A stretch of DNA of 52,705 nt from Myxococcota bacterium (GTDB lineage: Bacteria > Myxococcota_A > UBA9160 > PR03), in contig JBFGIM010000003.1 in the NCBI GenBank assembly GCA_041577695.1, positions 1 through 52,705 on the forward strand, read 5' to 3'. Shown here one piece after another: positions 47,336-52,705 of this stretch. The stretch's first letter is position 1. Every line of letters starts with the position of its first letter. A program made the translations under genes and the position numbers. The notes under the pieces are model-generated. The model saw only the letters and a program-made list of their open reading frames with translations, had not been told where the DNA came from and searched no databases.

Positions 47336-48414
47336 CGGCTCCCCGGCCCTGGAACCTGATCGCCGAGCTGACCTACCGCTGCCCGCTGCGCTGTCCCTAC
47401 TGCTCGAACCCGGTGGGCCACGCCGACGTGCGCGACGCGCTCGACGCCGACGCCTGGGGCCGGGTATTCCGCGCGGCGGCGGAGCTCGGCACGGTCCACG
47501 TGGGTCTGACCGGCGGCGAGCCTTCGGTGCGGCGCGACCTGGAGACGATCGTCGCCCACGCGGCCGAGGCTGGCCTCTACACCCACCTGGTGACGGCGGG
47601 CGTTCCCCTGGACGCCACCCGACTGGCGGCGCTACACGACGCGGGACTCCGCAGCGTGCAGCTCTCGGTGCAGGACGCCCGGGCCGAGCGCTCGGACGCG
47701 GTGGCCGGCGCGACGAGCTTCGAACGCAAGCGCGCCATCGCGCGCGCCTCCCGCGAGCTGGGCCTCGCGCTGACCCTCAACGTGGTGCTGCACCGGCACA
47801 ACCTCGACCACCTGGACGAGATCCTGTCCCTGGGCCGAACCTGGGGCGCCGACCGCCTCGAGCTGGCCCACGCCCAGTACGACGGCTGGGCCCTGCTGAA
47901 CCGCGACGCGCTGCTGCCCAGCGCCGAGCAGGTGGAGGTCGCCCGCCGCCGGGTGGCGGAGGCGCGGCGCAGCGGCGACGGCCCCGAGATCCTCCACGTG
48001 CTGCCCGACTACTTCGCCGACCGCCCCAAGCCCTGCATGGGTGGCTGGGGCCAGCGGCTGCTGCTGGTGGCTCCCGACGGCACCGCGCTGCCCTGCCACG
48101 CCGCCGCTGGTCTGCCGGGGCTCGAGTTCTGGAACGTGACCGAGCGCGACCTGCGCGCCTGCTGGCAGGACGCCCCCGGCATGAACGCCTTCCGCGGTGA
48201 GGCGTGGATGCGCGAGCCCTGTCGCAGCTGCCCCGAGCGCGAACGCGACTTCGGCGGCTGCCGCTGTCAGGCCTTCCGGCTGACCGGGGACGCCTCGGTG
48301 GCGGATCCGGCGTGCGCACTGTCGCCGCACCACGACCGGGTGGTGACCGCGCGCGAGCGCGCGACCACTCCCCCGGCCCTGCGCTATCGGGGCGCTCCCT
48401 CCGCCGCGATCTAG
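47332..48414 (+). CDS. pqqE: Radical SAM/SPASM enzyme PqqE
   Basis: ELTYRCPLRCPYCSNP, PKPCMGGWG, CRSC..DFGGCRCQA. Confidence 0.94.
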   Translation: MTAPRPWNLIAELTYRCPLRCPYCSNPVGHADVRDALDADAWGRVFRAAAELGTVHVGLTGGEPSVRRDLETIVAHAAEAGLYTHLVTAGVPLDATRLAALHDAGLRSVQLSVQDARAERSDAVAGATSFERKRAIARASRELGLALTLNVVLHRHNLDHLDEILSLGRTWGADRLELAHAQYDGWALLNRDALLPSAEQVEVARRRVAEARRSGDGPEILHVLPDYFADRPKPCMGGWGQRLLLVAPDGTALPCHAAAGLPGLEFWNVTERDLRACWQDAPGMNAFRGEAWMREPCRSCPERERDFGGCRCQAFRLTGDASVADPACALSPHHDRVVTARERATTPPALRYRGAPSAAI

Positions 48415-48454
48415 CCAGCCGACCGACCGCAGCGCCTTGTCCTATGTTCGGCGG

Positions 48455-50634
<2,180 letters not shown>

Positions 50635-50638
<4 letters not shown>

Positions 50639-51381
50639 GCGGCCCGGATCCGCTTCTCTGGCTCGGCCTCGGCGCGCTGGCGCTGGTCACCTCCACCCTC
50701 TCCGCCGTGGTCGGACTCGCCGGGGGCATCCTGCTGCTGGCGGCGATGCTGATCTTCCTGGAGCCGCTGGTGGCGATCCCCGTGCACGGCGTGGTGCAGC
50801 TGGCGTCGAACCTCTCGCGCGCCTACCTGCAGCGACGGCACGTGCGCTGGGACGCCGCGGCTCGCTTCGCGCTGCTGCTGGTTCCGGCTGGATTGCTGGG
50901 CCTGCTGCTGGTGCAGCGTATCCCCGCGGAGATCGGCCGCCTGGGCATCGGCATCTTCGCGCTGGTCACCACCTGGGCGCCGGCCATCTTCCGCTGGGGC
51001 ACCCGGCGCGCCGCCGTCAGCGCCCACCGCTTCCTGTGGGCGGGCGCACTGGTCGGCTTCTCGAACATGCTCTTCGGCGCCACCGGGCCGCTGCTGGCGC
51101 CCTTCGTGTTGAGCCTGGGCGTGGCTCGCGAGGCAACGATCGGCACCCTGGCCGCCTGCCAGACGTTGGGACACACGGTGAAGGTGGGCCTGTTCGGCGC
51201 CGGCGGCTTCGACTTCGCGGTGTTCGCGCTGCCGGCCCTGGGACTCTCCGCGGCGGCCATCGCCGGCTCGGCCCTGGGCACCCGACTGCTGGCCGGCATC
51301 GAAGAGCGCTACTTCCGCATCGCGATCCGCACCGTGCTCACCCTGGTGGCGCTGCGCCTGATCTGGAAGGCCCTGGCCTAG
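50635..51381 (+). CDS. TauE/SafE (sulfite exporter family) membrane protein; start CTG 50635 or ATG 50605
   Basis: GLAGG and GATGP repeats with about eight TM segments. Confidence 0.82.
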
Positions 51382-51390
51382 GGCGCGCGT

Positions 51391-52705
51391 TCAGAAGCGA
51401 CCCGAGCGCCAGAAGCCGTAGGCCACGATGGCGTAGCCCGTGCCGGCGATACCGAGGCCGAGGAAGCCGAGCACGGTATTGAGCTCGACCCCGAGCAGCA
51501 GCGGTCCGCCCTGCGCCGCCAGCAGCAGCGCGGAGCCCAGCAGCGCGGCGCCCACCATCACGCTCATCGACAGCCGGTTGCTGCTGCGCGCCTGCTCGAG
51601 CACGCGCCGCTCGAGACCCTCGTCGCGCACCCCGATCTTCAGCCGACCCGAGCGCAGGTCGCGCAACACGGTCTGGAGGTCCCCGGGCAGCGACGCCGCC
51701 AGATGGGCGTAGTCGCGGACCACGGCGATCCAGTCGCGCGCGACGAAGCGCGGGTCGGCCAGCCGCTGCAGGTAGGTCTTGAGCACGTAGGGCCGGATCG
51801 CCTCGATCGGATCCAGCTCCGGGTAGAGCTCGCGGGCCAGACCGTCCACCGTCGCCATCGCCTTGCCGATCAGCAGCAGGTCCGAGGGGACCAGCACGTG
51901 GTGGCGCTGGAAGACCTCGAAGAGCTGCGCCATGAAGGCGCCCACGTCCACCTGTGCCAGCGGCACCGAGTAGTAGCGATCGATCAGCTCGCCGGCGTCA
52001 CGGCGCAGCGCCGGCACGTCCACCCGCTCGTCGATCAAGCGCAGCCGGAAGAAGAGCCGGATGATCTTGTCGACGTCGCGCATCAGGATCCCGACCAGGA
52101 GCTCGAGCAGGTCGTCGAGGGTCTCGCGGTCGAGGCTGCCCATCAGTCCCATGTCGATCGGAGCGATCACGTGACCCGGCAGCACGAAGAGGTTGCCGGG
52201 GTGCGGATCGCCGTGGAAGAAGCCGTGCTCGAAGATCTGCTCCAGGCAGAAGCGGACGCCCACCTCGGCGAGCTTCTTGCGGTCGAGACCGGCCGCATCG
52301 AGCGCGGCCAGGTCGGAGGCCTTGATGCCGTCGATGTACTCCATCGTGAGCACGTCGACCCGGGAGAGCTCCGGATGGACCGCCGGCACGTGGACGTGGG
52401 GATTGCCGGCGAAGAGCCGGGCGAAGCGGGCCATGTTGGCCGCCTCGTGGGTCAGGTCCACCTCGCGGGCGACCGAGCGGGCGAACTCCTCGACGATGGC
52501 GGACGGACGGTAGTCGCGCACCTCCGGCACCCTCTCCTCGAGGAGCGCCGCGAGCCCGCGCAGGATGTCGAGATCGGTGTGCAGCAGCGCCTCGATGCCG
52601 GGGCGCCGCACCTTCACCACCACCTCCTCCCCGCCCGGGAGTCGCGCCCGGTGCACCTGGGCGATCGAGGCGGCGGCCAGCGGCTCGCGGTCGAAGCGCG
52701 CGAAC
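51391..52705 (-). CDS. ABC1/UbiB (AarF) atypical kinase, 5' end outside window
   Basis: AAASIAQVHRA, VVVKVRRP, FHGDPHPGN, IDMG; C-terminal TMs. Confidence 0.92.
   Translation of the reverse strand, partial: FARFDREPLAAASIAQVHRARLPGGEEVVVKVRRPGIEALLHTDLDILRGLAALLEERVPEVRDYRPSAIVEEFARSVAREVDLTHEAANMARFARLFAGNPHVHVPAVHPELSRVDVLTMEYIDGIKASDLAALDAAGLDRKKLAEVGVRFCLEQIFEHGFFHGDPHPGNLFVLPGHVIAPIDMGLMGSLDRETLDDLLELLVGILMRDVDKIIRLFFRLRLIDERVDVPALRRDAGELIDRYYSVPLAQVDVGAFMAQLFEVFQRHHVLVPSDLLLIGKAMATVDGLARELYPELDPIEAIRPYVLKTYLQRLADPRFVARDWIAVVRDYAHLAASLPGDLQTVLRDLRSGRLKIGVRDEGLERRVLEQARSSNRLSMSVMVGAALLGSALLLAAQGGPLLLGVELNTVLGFLGLGIAGTGYAIVAYGFWRSGRF

Noticed and set aside
47332-48414. Novel RiPP radical SAM maturase
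   Set aside because: Canonical PqqE motifs next to canonical PqqB and PqqC make PQQ synthesis the simplest explanation.

Overview
Gene-dense, very GC-rich bacterial chromosomal window with about 55 CDSs. I saw no rRNA, tRNA, CRISPR array, transposase or integrase. The mix of PilZ proteins, Cys/Asp-rich surface repeats, a Cys-containing C-terminal anchor and an RRM protein suggests Myxococcota or a related deltaproteobacterial lineage (inference only). Recognisable genes: fused anthranilate synthase trpE(G), threonine aldolase, a YhbY protein, type-2 IleRS, a pqqB-pqqC/D-pqqE cluster, an otsA/otsB fusion, and many lipid/acyl-CoA enzymes. Features not explained by the ORF track: (1) a redoxin read through an in-frame UGA followed by a SECIS-like hairpin (probable selenoprotein), with tandem TGTGA-N6-TCACA-like boxes upstream; (2) a complete 1:2/2:3/3:4 Trp attenuator with leader peptide MNAQIAWWPTPQ; (3) a helical-repeat/dodecin fusion; (4) a ~1040-aa secreted beta-propeller/di-haem c protein ending in a CGLGFE-TM-Arg sorting signal; (5) an HYAH instead of HxGH motif in IleRS; (6) a pqq operon with no pqqA but a coupled mini-ORF in its place; (7) a degenerate inverted repeat enclosing a gene remnant; (8) several apparently leaderless genes. 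All family calls come from motif recognition by eye; no searches were run, and several start codons are best guesses.
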